Positions 37,542 to 47,491 of a DNA stretch of 64,000 bases are shown in pieces. Where the stretch lies: contig JAIELQ010000007.1 of assembly GCA_019752815.1 (NCBI GenBank), positions 40,922-104,921 on the forward strand. Direction: 5' to 3'. Made by a program: the position numbers and the translations under genes. The stretch's first letter is position 1, and each line of letters opens with the position of its first letter. The notes beneath the pieces were generated by a model that did no database searches, had not been told where the DNA came from, and saw only the letters and a program-made list of their open reading frames with translations. The DNA is from Patescibacteria group bacterium. Lineage in GTDB: Bacteria; Patescibacteriota; Minisyncoccia; Phycocordibacterales; UBA918.

Positions 37542-38522
37542 ATGCCCAAAAAGGTTTTGGAAAAAAAGAATATACCAAGTAACGTTGTGGTCTACCAGAC
37601 AAAGTCGGGTGCTTTGGAGTTGCGTGGGGATTTTAAGCATGAGATGGTTTGGGCTACGCAAGCACAGATTGCAGATGTTTTTGAAATTGATCGTACAGTT
37701 GCAACAAAGCACATTAACAACACACTTAGGTCGAGTGAAGTTGATGAAAATAACAATGTGCAAAAAATGCACATTGCTAACTCAAAAAAACCAATCAGTT
37801 TGTACTCGTTGGATATTATTTTAGCTGTTGGGTACCGTACAAACTCAGCAAAAGCGATTGAATTTCGCCAATGGGCTACTAAAACACTCAGACAACACAT
37901 TGTGTCTGGCTACACTATCAATCGGGCTCGAATAGCTAAAAACTATGATGAATTCATGGCTACAGTGGCGAAACTGCAAGCAGTTCTGCCTAATAATGCT
38001 GAAATCGATTCTAAAACCACACTTGATTTGGTTAGATTGTTTGCGGATACGTGGTTCTCACTTGATGCGTATGATAAGGAGTCATTAGCACCTTCAAAAG
38101 TTAATAAAAAGAAATTAAAACTAACGGCCAAAGAGTTGCAAGATGGTATTGTGGTTCTCAAAACTGAGTTAATGAGAAAAGGCGAAGCAACCAATAACTT
38201 TGCTCAAGAGCGCAATCATGAGGCGTTGGAAGGAATAGTTGGTAACGTGATGCAAAGTTTTGGTGGAAACGAGCTGTATCCTAGTATTCAGTCAAAAGCA
38301 GCTCACTTACTCTACTTTATAATCAAAAATCACCCGTTTGTTGATGGTAACAAACGTTCCGGTGCGTATGCGTTTGTATGGTTCTTGCAGAAAACAAAAG
38401 TGCTTAACACTAACACTCTTACCCCAACCGCCCTTACTGCTCTCACTATTCTTATTGCAGAAAGTAATCCTGTTGATAAAGAGAAAATCATAGCCTTGGT
38501 CACTACTTTGATTTCAGGATAA
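37542..38522 (+). CDS. RhuM-family protein with a C-terminal Fic/Doc domain (Doc-type HPFxDGNKR motif)
   Basis: N-terminal KSGALELRGDFKHEMVWATQAQIADVFEIDRTVATKHI matches the Virulence_RhuM pattern. C-terminal NHPFVDGNKRSGAYAF is the Doc/Fic active-site motif. Confidence 0.75.
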   Translation: MPKKVLEKKNIPSNVVVYQTKSGALELRGDFKHEMVWATQAQIADVFEIDRTVATKHINNTLRSSEVDENNNVQKMHIANSKKPISLYSLDIILAVGYRTNSAKAIEFRQWATKTLRQHIVSGYTINRARIAKNYDEFMATVAKLQAVLPNNAEIDSKTTLDLVRLFADTWFSLDAYDKESLAPSKVNKKKLKLTAKELQDGIVVLKTELMRKGEATNNFAQERNHEALEGIVGNVMQSFGGNELYPSIQSKAAHLLYFIIKNHPFVDGNKRSGAYAFVWFLQKTKVLNTNTLTPTALTALTILIAESNPVDKEKIIALVTTLISG

Positions 38523-38524
38523 AT

Positions 38525-38560
38525 CACCCAAAAAGCACCCGCCAGGGTGCTTTTTGGGTG
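38525..38560 (+). terminator. Terminator hairpin (16-bp perfect stem); right copy of the direct repeat
   Basis: cacccaaaaagcaccc-gcca-gggtgctttttgggtg. Confidence 0.7.
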
Positions 38561-38617
38561 GTTGTCAGATCACAGAGCGAATAACAGAAGGGTTAATGGA
38601 CTACATTTGCTATACTA

Positions 38618-39847
38618 GTGGTACGTATGGATACACTTCATGACTTTTTGCATTCGTTGATTAATCATATTGTTCCGCATGAGGGGAATGATTACCGCCC
38701 GCATTTATTGCAACGGGGAGCGATGATATTGATGCTGATTTTGATTTTATTGTCATTTTTGGCGGCTAATTTCCAGGCGCTGTTGTGGCAATCGTCTGAT
38801 TGGTTGGTGGGAGCAGTGTTGCCGGCAGTCGTGGTTGATCTGACCAATACCGAGCGGGCAGATTTATCGTTGCCAAAATTAACCCGTAATCCGGTGCTCG
38901 ATGAGGCGGCCACGTTAAAGGCACAAGACATGGCCCGCAATAGCTATTTCTCACACGACAGTCCGACGGGAGTGACACCGTGGCACTGGTTTAAAGAAGC
39001 GGGATACACATTTGCCCATGCGGGTGAAAATTTGGCGGTGTATTTTAGTGATTCGAGTGAAGTGGTTGAAGCCTGGATGAATTCGCCAACCCACCGGGCC
39101 AATATTGTGGGGAGTCAGTATCGAGAAATTGGTGTAGGGGTAGCTCGTGGCACCTATGATGGGTTTGATACCGTGTTTGTGGTGCAAATGTTTGGTACGC
39201 CAGCCGCTATGCCAGTAGCTCGTGAGGTGGTAGCTGAAACTCCTCCTACCGTGATTACCGTTCCCGTTCCGCTCGCTATTGCGACTGAACAAACAAATTT
39301 GGCTACTGTAGAAACCGAAAGCTCTCCAACAGAGCCGTTAGTTGCCGGACAAACAAGTGATATACCAGAGCTAGATATGGTGGTTGTAAAAAACGTATCA
39401 GAAACTGAGACGGTGGCTGCTCAAACTGCCGCTGCAACTGAACCAATGGCAGTAGATGAATCAATTACCCAAATGAATACTGCTACTACGCCGGCGGCCT
39501 TTGCCGAAGAGGCCAAGACGGTGATGGGTGCGGCAGAAGCCATTAGTTTGTATTCAGGAATGGCTGCATCTTCGAGTAATCTCACTCCAGCGCCGTACAC
39601 CACTGTTGATTTAGAAGCTGAAGCCGCTCCAAAGGTAGCGGTCCTCGCCACCGAACCAAGTAAGCTGCTGCAGCTCATTTATCTAGTGCTGGGAGGGATC
39701 ACAGCGTTTGTACTACTGTTGTCCGTGATGCTCGAGTGGCGACATCATCGACCGATCCAGACTGCCTACGGTATTGTATTGCTTATGATTATGGCCGGAT
39801 TGTTCTATGTGCACACCACAATTGTGGCCGGTGCGATTATTCAGTAG
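38618..39847 (+). CDS. CAP/SCP/PR-1-domain protein (YkwD-like), TM-anchored, with an Ala/Thr-rich linker and a C-terminal TM segment
   Basis: LKAQDMARNSYFSHDSPTG...HAGENLAV...EAWMNSPTHRANI matches CAP-domain motifs. Confidence 0.7.
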   Translation: MVRMDTLHDFLHSLINHIVPHEGNDYRPHLLQRGAMILMLILILLSFLAANFQALLWQSSDWLVGAVLPAVVVDLTNTERADLSLPKLTRNPVLDEAATLKAQDMARNSYFSHDSPTGVTPWHWFKEAGYTFAHAGENLAVYFSDSSEVVEAWMNSPTHRANIVGSQYREIGVGVARGTYDGFDTVFVVQMFGTPAAMPVAREVVAETPPTVITVPVPLAIATEQTNLATVETESSPTEPLVAGQTSDIPELDMVVVKNVSETETVAAQTAAATEPMAVDESITQMNTATTPAAFAEEAKTVMGAAEAISLYSGMAASSSNLTPAPYTTVDLEAEAAPKVAVLATEPSKLLQLIYLVLGGITAFVLLLSVMLEWRHHRPIQTAYGIVLLMIMAGLFYVHTTIVAGAIIQ

Positions 39848-39853
39848 TTGAGT

Positions 39854-40294
39854 ATGGCACAAACAAGTATTACGACAATTTATAAAAGTGACACCAGTAA
39901 CACGGGAGCGACCCTCACTCCTTTGTATACCTCTGCGCCAGCAGCGGGCTTTCCGGCACCGGGGGATGATATGGTAGAAAAGTCACTGAATGTTCATGAG
40001 TATCTGGTAAAACATCCGGTATCGACGTTTTTTGTCCGGGTGGAAGGAGATTCGATGGAAGGGGCGGGGATTTTCTCGGGTGATATTTTAGTGGTTGATA
40101 GAAGTGTGGAGGCAAAAGCCGGTCGCATCGTGGTAGCTGCCGTTGGCGGTGGGTTGGTGGTTAAACGCCTCGCCCTGCTCGCGGGGAATATGGTTCTCAT
40201 GTCTGAAAATGAAGCCTATGCACCAATAACAGTGACAGGGGATGAGGAGTGTTTTGTGTGGGGTGTAGTAACCGGCAGCGTCCGCCACTTCTAG
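39854..40294 (+). CDS. umuD: UmuD-like S24 self-cleaving peptidase (LexA C-terminal-domain homologue without an HTH)
   Basis: PAAG|FPAP is an Ala-Gly cleavage-site motif. VRVEGDSMEGAGI carries the Ser nucleophile and LVVKRL the Lys. The protein is 147 aa with no DNA-binding domain. Confidence 0.7.
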   Translation: MAQTSITTIYKSDTSNTGATLTPLYTSAPAAGFPAPGDDMVEKSLNVHEYLVKHPVSTFFVRVEGDSMEGAGIFSGDILVVDRSVEAKAGRIVVAAVGGGLVVKRLALLAGNMVLMSENEAYAPITVTGDEECFVWGVVTGSVRHF

Positions 40295-40477
40295 GAGAAT
40301 CCGAAAAACTACCTCATCTACTGCGTTGCCTGCGTCGGAAAATTTCTCACCGTATATTGAATACGGCTCGCAATTTTTCTCCTTGTCGCCTTGTATCTAA
40401 GGCAGTTTATCGAATTCTCTAATCCAATCACTCTGTTTTTGAAGTTTTCCACCTCCTTACGGATTCTAATTAAAAAA

Positions 40478-40506
40478 ACAGGCGCCCAAGTTATTGGACG
40501 CCTTTT
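40478..40506 (-). terminator. Weak terminator hairpin downstream of the small minus-strand gene
   Basis: aggcg-N14-cgcct followed by a T-run on the minus strand. Confidence 0.35.
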
Positions 40507-40509
40507 CGT

Positions 40510-40704
40510 TTATTCGCCGTCGCCGGTCGCCGGTCGACCAAAATCTTTTGTGTCAATCTGGTCTGGATTGTACGTAATGACTGCATCTGCAGTATTTGCA
40601 ACTGGAGCTGGGTTGAAGATTGGGTCATACGGCTTTGTGGCCGGCTGACGTTCATAAGCGGGCATATTGTGTTCGAGAACACGGTCTACCGGGTCACGGG
40701 CCAT
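40510..40704 (-). CDS. Small hypothetical protein (64 aa) with a strong RBS
   Basis: AGGAGG lies 7 nt upstream of the ATG (MARDPVDRVLEHNMPAYERQ...). It sits inside the 625-bp spacer between the umuD-like gene and the GH18 gene. Confidence 0.4.
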   Translation of the reverse strand: MARDPVDRVLEHNMPAYERQPATKPYDPIFNPAPVANTADAVITYNPDQIDTKDFGRPATGDGE

Positions 40705-40920
40705 GGTGTTTCCTCCTTCTGACTGTCCCACGATTGTAACTACATCAGTCAATAAAAAGTAACCGCCCGACACATGAGACGGTAGAGGGGTGGTCCCTAT
40801 AGTCAAGGATTTATTTTTTGGTGATTGGCGATATTTCCCGTATGATGAGTAGAGTAATCATGACAGAGTATCCGCAGATTATATAGGTAAGAAAAGGCCG
40901 TTTAAGTCGTCTTAAAAATT

Positions 40921-42162
40921 ATGACAACCACTACAATAATCTATCCAAAAACGCTTATTAATTCATGTGTTACGAGCATCATTCTGGCGAGTCTGTTATT
41001 GTCAGCCTACCCAGCTTCTGCTGCGACCAGTAGATCATCGTCAAATGATGATTTTAAGGGTGAAGTGGCGGGTTGGATTCCGTGGTGGCAAGATACCGCG
41101 GGTCTCAAAAGCGCTACTAAAAACATTAAAAAAATTGATACCGTCTACCCGTTTGCCTTTGAAGTGGATGCTTACGGAAATATTACGGACAAAGCTGGCT
41201 TAAACGAAAAACAATGGCGTGATTTTATCAAGCTAGCCAAGAAAAATAAGGTTGAAATCATTCCGTCCGTGGCTTGGTTTGATGGTGATCAAATTGGCGC
41301 GATGTTGAGTGACCGCAACCGTCGCGAGGTGCATATAAATCAAATCGTAAATATCGTTAAAAAAGGGAAGTATGATGGCATTAATATCGACTACGAGGGA
41401 AAGAACGCTGAAAATATTAATGATTTCTCGAGATTCCTCGAAGAATTAAATAAAGCGCTCGGTAGTAAACTCCTCACCTGTGCGATTGAAGCCCGAACTC
41501 CAGCTGTAGATCTATACAAGGTAGTGCCTAATCCCCTCACGTACGCCAACGACTACAAAGAAATCGCGAAACATTGTGACCGGATTGAACTGATGACGTA
41601 CGACCAGCAACGGGCGGACCTGACCCTAAACGCCAAACGAGCCGGTTTGCCGTATACACCAGTAGCTGACAAAGAATGGGTAGAGAAGGTAATTAAGCTA
41701 GCCTTGGAAGATTTTCCTGAAGATAAAGTAATGGTCGGAGTAGCCACCTACGGACGCGCCTGGGACGTTACCGTGGCTCCTGGATGGTATCGTGACTATG
41801 TGCGTGTTGCTACCCTAAACGAACCACGTATTCTTGAGTTATCAAAAGAAATCTACAAAACACCAATTGGGTACAGTACGGGTGGCGAAGCGGTGATGAG
41901 TTACTTCCCTGAAGATTCACCATACAAAGTTCTCACCGCCCTCCCAGTCCCTAACGGAACGCCAAAGGGATATGAAAATGCCGCCCGCGCTCTGTTGTTT
42001 GCTGATTTAGCCAAGACCGAGGTAAAAGTACGATTTATTACGTACAACGATGCCGTTTCAGCCAAAGACAAGTTGGAACTGATTGAGAAATATGATTTGC
42101 GCGGTGTAGCCTTCTTCAAAATTGATGGTGAAGAAGATCCAGATATTTGGAAGTTGTTTTAA
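40921..42162 (+). CDS. GH18-family glycoside hydrolase (SleL/YdhD-chitinase-like), secreted
   Basis: Signal peptide; [11 protein letters not shown] is a DGxNxDxE variant of the GH18 catalytic motif. Overall GH18 TIM-barrel pattern. Confidence 0.7.
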   Translation: MTTTTIIYPKTLINSCVTSIILASLLLSAYPASAATSRSSSNDDFKGEVAGWIPWWQDTAGLKSATKNIKKIDTVYPFAFEVDAYGNITDKAGLNEKQWRDFIKLAKKNKVEIIPSVAWFDGDQIGAMLSDRNRREVHINQIVNIVKKGKYDGINIDYEGKNAENINDFSRFLEELNKALGSKLLTCAIEARTPAVDLYKVVPNPLTYANDYKEIAKHCDRIELMTYDQQRADLTLNAKRAGLPYTPVADKEWVEKVIKLALEDFPEDKVMVGVATYGRAWDVTVAPGWYRDYVRVATLNEPRILELSKEIYKTPIGYSTGGEAVMSYFPEDSPYKVLTALPVPNGTPKGYENAARALLFADLAKTEVKVRFITYNDAVSAKDKLELIEKYDLRGVAFFKIDGEEDPDIWKLF

Positions 42163-42181
42163 GAAGTTAATCAACATATCA

Positions 42182-42217
42182 AAAAAGCCTTAAGGATTTA
42201 ATCCTTAAGGCTTTTTG
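42182..42217 (+). terminator. Rho-independent terminator
   Basis: aaaaaagccttaaggattt-aatccttaaggcttttt, a perfect 14-bp stem. Confidence 0.7.
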
Positions 42218-42258
42218 TCACCATTGGATATACTCAATGCTATAATTGAAATATTATT

Positions 42259-42984
42259 ATGACACATGAGGATATTTCCACGGAGGCATATGAATGGGTT
42301 AAGGATAATCCAGCAGTCCTGATTGAGGCTATTGCTGGTAGGTATAAAGATTTAGAAGAGGGTCGTGTAGCAGTTTTTATGGCTGGTGCACCAGGCGCTG
42401 GAAAGACCGAATTTTCACGATGTCTTATTCGAGACACGTTCGGTCCAGACACAACACTAATCGTAAGAATTGACCCGGATGAAATTAGGATGCTAATCCC
42501 TACATATATAAAAGGTAAAGCAGAGTTGTTTAATCGAGCAACTACAAAAGGGGTTGAGATACTAGTTGATCATTGCTATGACAGAAATTTAGATAAAAGT
42601 TTCTTGTTGGATGGCACATTAAGTAACTGTGAAGTTGCAAGAAGAAATATCGAAAGAGCTTTAGATCGGGGTAGAAAAGTACTAATCTATTTTGTGTATA
42701 AAGATCCGGTAGTTGCGTGGGATTTTACTCAAAAGAGAGAGAAAATCGAAGGACGTAATATTCCTAAAGAGAGTTTTATTAATCAGTATTTCGGTTCAAT
42801 TGAGACTATTAATCAATTAAAAAAAGAATATGGAAACAGAATACAAATCGATTTAGTGCAGCTTGCTGTGCCAAATTTACAAAAGCCTCTTATTACTGAC
42901 TATAAATTTGAGTTCAATATTAGCAGTGTTGACGGGTATTTAAATACAAGGTATTCTAAAGATACATTAAGTGAACTGCTATGA
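42259..42984 (+). CDS. Zeta-toxin family P-loop kinase (PezT/zeta-like)
   Basis: VFMAGAPGAGKTEF is the Walker A motif. IVRIDPDEIRMLIPTY matches the zeta/PezT GGQSGAGKT...IDGDSFRSQHPHY pattern. Confidence 0.65.
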   Translation: MTHEDISTEAYEWVKDNPAVLIEAIAGRYKDLEEGRVAVFMAGAPGAGKTEFSRCLIRDTFGPDTTLIVRIDPDEIRMLIPTYIKGKAELFNRATTKGVEILVDHCYDRNLDKSFLLDGTLSNCEVARRNIERALDRGRKVLIYFVYKDPVVAWDFTQKREKIEGRNIPKESFINQYFGSIETINQLKKEYGNRIQIDLVQLAVPNLQKPLITDYKFEFNISSVDGYLNTRYSKDTLSELL

Positions 42985-43175
42985 AGTATATCCTTAAATT
43001 TCTTGGAAGAGAGGGAAAAAAACGTTCGGGTATTAAAAGCCCCGTCTACGTCTTTTTTGCAGAAGCGGACGCAACTGTAAAAACAAAAGCCTATAGAAAA
43101 GCACTTCGAAGTGCTTCAGAAGATCAAATGTCTATTTTATCAAAGTATGATAAAGAGTTTGCACAGATGAATTAA
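42981..43175 (+). CDS. Small basic hypothetical protein, translationally coupled (ATGA) to the zeta-like gene
   Basis: 64 aa. The start overlaps the upstream stop, and a terminator follows. Confidence 0.35.
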   Translation: MKYILKFLGREGKKRSGIKSPVYVFFAEADATVKTKAYRKALRSASEDQMSILSKYDKEFAQMN

Positions 43176-43198
43176 AAATCCCTTGAAAGGGATTTTTT
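43174..43198 (+). terminator. Rho-independent terminator
   Basis: aaaaatccc-ttgaaa-gggattttt. Confidence 0.7.
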
Positions 43199-43261
43199 AC
43201 TACGATGCCTTTTGTGGCCGAATAGGGATGACTGCACAATTGTGTATTGTATACTGATTCT

Positions 43262-44515
43262 ATGAACTACATTGGGGTGATTGATTGTAATAATTTTTTT
43301 GTGTCGTGTGAGCGGCTATTTCGGCCGGATTTGGTGGGGAAACCGGTGGTCGTTTTGTCATCAAATGATGGGTGTGTGGTAGCGCGCTCGCAAGAAGTAA
43401 AGGACATGGGGGTCCCGATGGGGGTACCTATCTTTCAGATAAAAGACATGATAAAGGACAAAGGAATTATAACGTTTTCTTCACACTTTGCGCTGTATCG
43501 CGATATTTCCAGTCGGGTTTTTACCGTGGTTAAAACACTTCTGCCCACGCGCGAGATATACTCAATTGATGAAGCGTTCTTTACTATAAGCGCACATTCT
43601 AAAGCGGAGTTAGAGGCGACGTTACGCGCCATGAAAATTGAGATTGAACGGCAGGTGGGTATCCCGGTATCCTTGGCGGTGGCGGCTACCAAAACTCAGG
43701 CTAAATATGCCAATCGGCTGGCGAAGAAATCAGGTGGTGTGACTGTCCTTGATCCGGCAGATTGGGAGGCGCTTACGCCCATGATACCGCTACAGAATAT
43801 TTGGGGAGTGGGCGGGAAGTTGGAGATGCGGTATAAAAACGCCGGACTAGTAACCGTAGCTGATTTGATTGCGTGTCCCAAATCGCGGATTGCCAGTATG
43901 TTTGGGATTGTGGGGGTGCGGCTGCAAGCTGAACTCGCCGGTATGCCGATGTATGCCGTATCGGAAGTGCATGCGCCGCAAAAAAGTATTATGAGTTCTC
44001 GGTCATTTGAAAAGAATGTGACCGAGATAGCGGTGGTAAAAGATGCGGTAGCGTACCACCTGCGCCAAGTGGTAGCCGAGCTACGTCATTTACGTCTCAA
44101 AACCAAGAATCTATCAATATTTTTAGGTACCAGTCGCCACGGTGATTATCTGCTACGTGGCGGTTCACTCGGGGTCGAAAACATGACGCCAACGGATGAC
44201 ATAGTTTTTTTACTGAAGCAGGCGTTTGCCCTGGTTGACAGGCTGTATGATGCGGAAGTGCCGTACAAAAAGGCCGGGGTCTACATCAGTGGTTTTAGTC
44301 CCAAAACGGTCATCCAGCAGTCGTTATTTACTGATACTGACGAAGTAACCTATAGCCCGATCAATGACCTTCTTGATGGTTTTAATGCGCGCTACGGGGC
44401 TGATATGGTAACGATCGGCACGCATACCAAAGAACGGAAATGGCAATCAAAATCAGAACAAAAATCTCCGGCCTATACGACGCGCTGGAGTGATCTCGCG
44501 GTGGTAAAGACATAA
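43262..44515 (+). CDS. umuC: Y-family DNA polymerase (UmuC/DinB-like translesion polymerase)
   Basis: GVIDCNNFFVSCERL matches the Y-family motif I (DxxxFFxxxE). SNDGCVVARS; GIGPV-like HhH region; little-finger domain. Confidence 0.8.
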   Translation: MNYIGVIDCNNFFVSCERLFRPDLVGKPVVVLSSNDGCVVARSQEVKDMGVPMGVPIFQIKDMIKDKGIITFSSHFALYRDISSRVFTVVKTLLPTREIYSIDEAFFTISAHSKAELEATLRAMKIEIERQVGIPVSLAVAATKTQAKYANRLAKKSGGVTVLDPADWEALTPMIPLQNIWGVGGKLEMRYKNAGLVTVADLIACPKSRIASMFGIVGVRLQAELAGMPMYAVSEVHAPQKSIMSSRSFEKNVTEIAVVKDAVAYHLRQVVAELRHLRLKTKNLSIFLGTSRHGDYLLRGGSLGVENMTPTDDIVFLLKQAFALVDRLYDAEVPYKKAGVYISGFSPKTVIQQSLFTDTDEVTYSPINDLLDGFNARYGADMVTIGTHTKERKWQSKSEQKSPAYTTRWSDLAVVKT

Positions 44516-44831
44516 CGAAATGTAGTAATCGACACGTGTACTTGATGTCTTGAAGTAGAAAAATGTTCAATGTCGAAACTAAAACTATATAAATAACCAT
44601 TTGCTATCGGTACTCACCTCAGGACAAAAAGGTTATACACACGGGGTACAGAGACAGGTATCAAGAACATTTATATACTGTTGGTAGATCGATTGCATTA
44701 GGTGCGTACGTACAGGCTGAATTTTTTTCACTAAGTACATACAAGCCGCTCCACAAACATGCAGTCGAGAAGTGTTCATTGCAACGCAAGTTGTGACTAC
44801 ACAAAGTTATTTAATAAAATAAAAAATAAAT

Positions 44832-45965
44832 ATGTTCAAACATTCAACTATTACTGTTGAATCTTTGCACCGAGTGGTCGCGATGCTCGTTGCAACAGCT
44901 GTATTGGCTATGTCGGTTGGGTTCTTCAATAATGCCCAAGCTGCTAACCTTGCAGTGATCAGCAACACTTTATCAGACTCAGATCGAAGTGCGCTCTCGA
45001 ATCATACGATTCAGTTCACGATTCCTACCAGTTCACCTGGTGTACTTGCTACACAAACAATCGTTGTGACATTCCCTACTGGATTCAACATGGGATCAGT
45101 TGCGTTCGGAGACATTGACTTCGCAATTAACGGCGTTGAACAAACTCTTGCAGCAACACAATCAGGTGCTACTTGGGGAGCTACCGTGTCAGGTCAAAAC
45201 CTCACACTTACCTCAGGTACTGGAGTTGTAACTGCTGGACAAGTAGTTCGGATTCGAGTTGGAACAAATGCGGTAACGGGAGGAACTGGTACAAACCGAG
45301 TCACCAATCCTGGTACAACAGACTCATATGAGTTTATAGTTACCGCGGGGGCTGCTGACTCAGGTCGCACTAGAGTCGCAATTCTCGATAACGTAGATGT
45401 TACTGCAATTGTAAATACATCATTCACATTTACTGTTGCCGGACTCGCTACATCAACTGCTGTAAACGGAACTTCAACTACAGGTTCAACTACAGCGACA
45501 GCTATTCCATTCGGAGTACTTACTGCCGGACAAATTAAAACAATGGCACAACGACTTAATGTCACTACAAACGCCCGAAACGGATTCGTAGTAACCGTTG
45601 AGCAAGATCAAAACTTGCAATCATCAACTGGTGCCGACATTGATGGATTTATTGACGGAGCCTACACAAATACTCCAACTTCATGGGTAGCTCCAACTAA
45701 CAACATTGGAAATGAAAACACCTGGGGTCACTGGGGTCTCACGTCTGATGACTCAGACCTAAACTCCAACGAGTTCGGTACAGCACTCTTCGTAGCTGCA
45801 AGTACCACACCACGCCAGATTTTCGCTCACAACGGACCGGCCGATGGTATCGCCAACGATATCGGTTCAACAACTGTAGGGTATCAAATCCAAATCAGTC
45901 CACTCCAGGAAGCGGGAGATGACTACAATACTGTACTTACCTACATCGCAACCCCTACATTTTAG
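44832..45965 (+). CDS. Secreted Thr/Gly-rich surface protein; N-terminal domain paralogous to the dockerin protein at 50042; possible WxL-like C-terminus
   Basis: Signal peptide; ISNTLSDSDRSALSNHTIQFTIP aligns with ISNSGPEQPSNHTLSFTLT of the 50042 protein. The C-terminus carries WGHWGLT and LTYIATP. Confidence 0.45.
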   Translation: MFKHSTITVESLHRVVAMLVATAVLAMSVGFFNNAQAANLAVISNTLSDSDRSALSNHTIQFTIPTSSPGVLATQTIVVTFPTGFNMGSVAFGDIDFAINGVEQTLAATQSGATWGATVSGQNLTLTSGTGVVTAGQVVRIRVGTNAVTGGTGTNRVTNPGTTDSYEFIVTAGAADSGRTRVAILDNVDVTAIVNTSFTFTVAGLATSTAVNGTSTTGSTTATAIPFGVLTAGQIKTMAQRLNVTTNARNGFVVTVEQDQNLQSSTGADIDGFIDGAYTNTPTSWVAPTNNIGNENTWGHWGLTSDDSDLNSNEFGTALFVAASTTPRQIFAHNGPADGIANDIGSTTVGYQIQISPLQEAGDDYNTVLTYIATPTF

Positions 45966-46120
45966 TTCCAAAATTCATTCATTAGCTTCGTTGCCCTCAG
46001 CATTTTAAATCCTCATCGTACAAGAAGTACGACTCGGATCTAAAAGCTTCAGTGCCTCGCTTCTAAATAAATTTGTGAAACTAAAATACTATTCTTAAAA
46101 CGTATCATTAGAGTAGTTGG

Positions 46121-46174
46121 CACGCACAAAACAACAAAACCTCCTCTATGGAGGTTTTGTTGTTTTGTGCGTGA
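46121..46174. terminator. Very long (25-bp stem) perfect hairpin, probable bidirectional terminator
   Basis: gcacgcacaaaacaacaaaacctcc-tcta-ggaggttttgttgttttgtgcgtg. Confidence 0.6.
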
Positions 46175-46256
46175 GGTGATGTTTCTGTTTATAAAATTAC
46201 GAAGGCCGATGATTTTAAATGCTATGATAGATTCATTAATCTTTAAGTTTGTTTGC

Positions 46257-47315
46257 ATGATTCGCACCCTTTTTACTGCTCTGTTGTTTGCTTTTGTTTT
46301 GTTGCCGTCCCTTTCATTTGCGCAAAGTGATGCTGGGATTGGTCTTAAGCCAGCGAACATTGCTGAAAATATGGAGCCGGGTGAAGTGCGTCAATTTACG
46401 GTGCTTGTAGAAAACGTCAGTGGTCAGGATCAAAATTATTATATCTTCAAGCGAGATATTTCTGGAGTGCGAGACGGAGGGGTGCCAATTTTTGCTGATA
46501 ATAATTTGGATACCGGTGGATTTGCGTTAAGTGATTGGATACAACTTGAATCAGACAGACTCGAAGTAAAAGCTGGTGAGGAACGTGCCATGTCATTTAT
46601 TATGTCAGTGCCGCAAGATGCATCACCGTGTGATCACTTTGGCGGGATTTTTGTCTCGGCTGAACCCCCAGAATTAGAAGCGAGTGGTGCTGCTATCGGC
46701 TACCAAGTTGCCAACATTGTTAGTATTAGAGTAGCGGGTGAGTGTATTGAAAAAGCCCAGATTAGACAATTCTCAACCGACAATTATTTCTACGGTTCTT
46801 CAAATGTAGATTTTAATCTTAAGTTTGAAAATAGTGGTAACACACTCTTGCGACCAACTGGTCCCCTGACCATCACCAACATGTTTGGAAAACAGGTTGC
46901 CAATTTGACCTTTAACGAAGAGCAGGCAGGAGTATTTCCAGGTGTGACACGTGAGTTCTTGTTTAGTTGGACGAGTGACCAAACCGGCTTTGGACGGTAT
47001 GAAGCGATGGTGAGCCCGAGTTATGGAGAGGAAGGTTTCAAGCAAACCGCCTTTAGTACCGCAACGTTCTGGATCCTGCCGATGAATATTATTCTGCCGG
47101 CCGCAGGAGTGTTAGCCGCACTGCTTTTGATTGCCTATATCAGTATTCGTGTGTATGTGAAGCGACAGCTGGCGTACTACGGAGCAACCTCAGGAACTCG
47201 AAAACTAGTTCGTCGACACACCAACAATAGTTCAACACCGCTCTTGTTAATTCTAGTAGTGATGGTGTCGGTGACGGCTTTGTTCCTGCTCATCCTCCTA
47301 GCCCTATTCGCCTAG
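46257..47315 (+). CDS. DUF916/DUF3324-like (CscA-like) cell-surface protein with a C-terminal TM anchor
   Basis: Signal peptide MIRTLFTALLFAFVLLPSLSFAQS; two beta-sandwich-like domains (GIGLKPANIAENMEPGEVRQFTVLVENVSGQDQNYYIF...); C-terminal TM segment followed by a basic stretch. Confidence 0.45.
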   Translation: MIRTLFTALLFAFVLLPSLSFAQSDAGIGLKPANIAENMEPGEVRQFTVLVENVSGQDQNYYIFKRDISGVRDGGVPIFADNNLDTGGFALSDWIQLESDRLEVKAGEERAMSFIMSVPQDASPCDHFGGIFVSAEPPELEASGAAIGYQVANIVSIRVAGECIEKAQIRQFSTDNYFYGSSNVDFNLKFENSGNTLLRPTGPLTITNMFGKQVANLTFNEEQAGVFPGVTREFLFSWTSDQTGFGRYEAMVSPSYGEEGFKQTAFSTATFWILPMNIILPAAGVLAALLLIAYISIRVYVKRQLAYYGATSGTRKLVRRHTNNSSTPLLLILVVMVSVTALFLLILLALFA

Positions 47316-47327
47316 ACCTCCAGAAAT

Positions 47328-47442
47328 GGCACATTGCGTTGTCGCTGCCGCGGTACTTTTTCTTCCGCCGTACAGCGGTACGTCTACAGGAAAAGTCCTT
47401 GCGACTCCTAGCACTGCACTCATTTCTGAAGGTCTAGTTTGG
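47328..47442 (+). repeat. Family-B MITE/REP-like element (copy 5) with terminal inverted repeats cagaaatg/catttctg
   Basis: ccagaaatggcacattgcgttgtcgctgc...ccgtacagcggtacg...cttgcgactcctagcactgcactcatttctgaagg. Confidence 0.7.
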
Positions 47443-47491
47443 GTGAATTAACCTGAGTAAGTTACTTATGAAAGATGTATAATACATATAT

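Noticed and set aside
43215-43262. Possible LexA/SOS box upstream of umuC (tgtattgtatactgatt; palindrome acaattgt)
   Set aside because: It matches neither the CTGT-N8-ACAG consensus nor the GAAC-N4-GTTC (Cheo) consensus. It is kept only as a weak candidate operator in the findings text, not as a feature.
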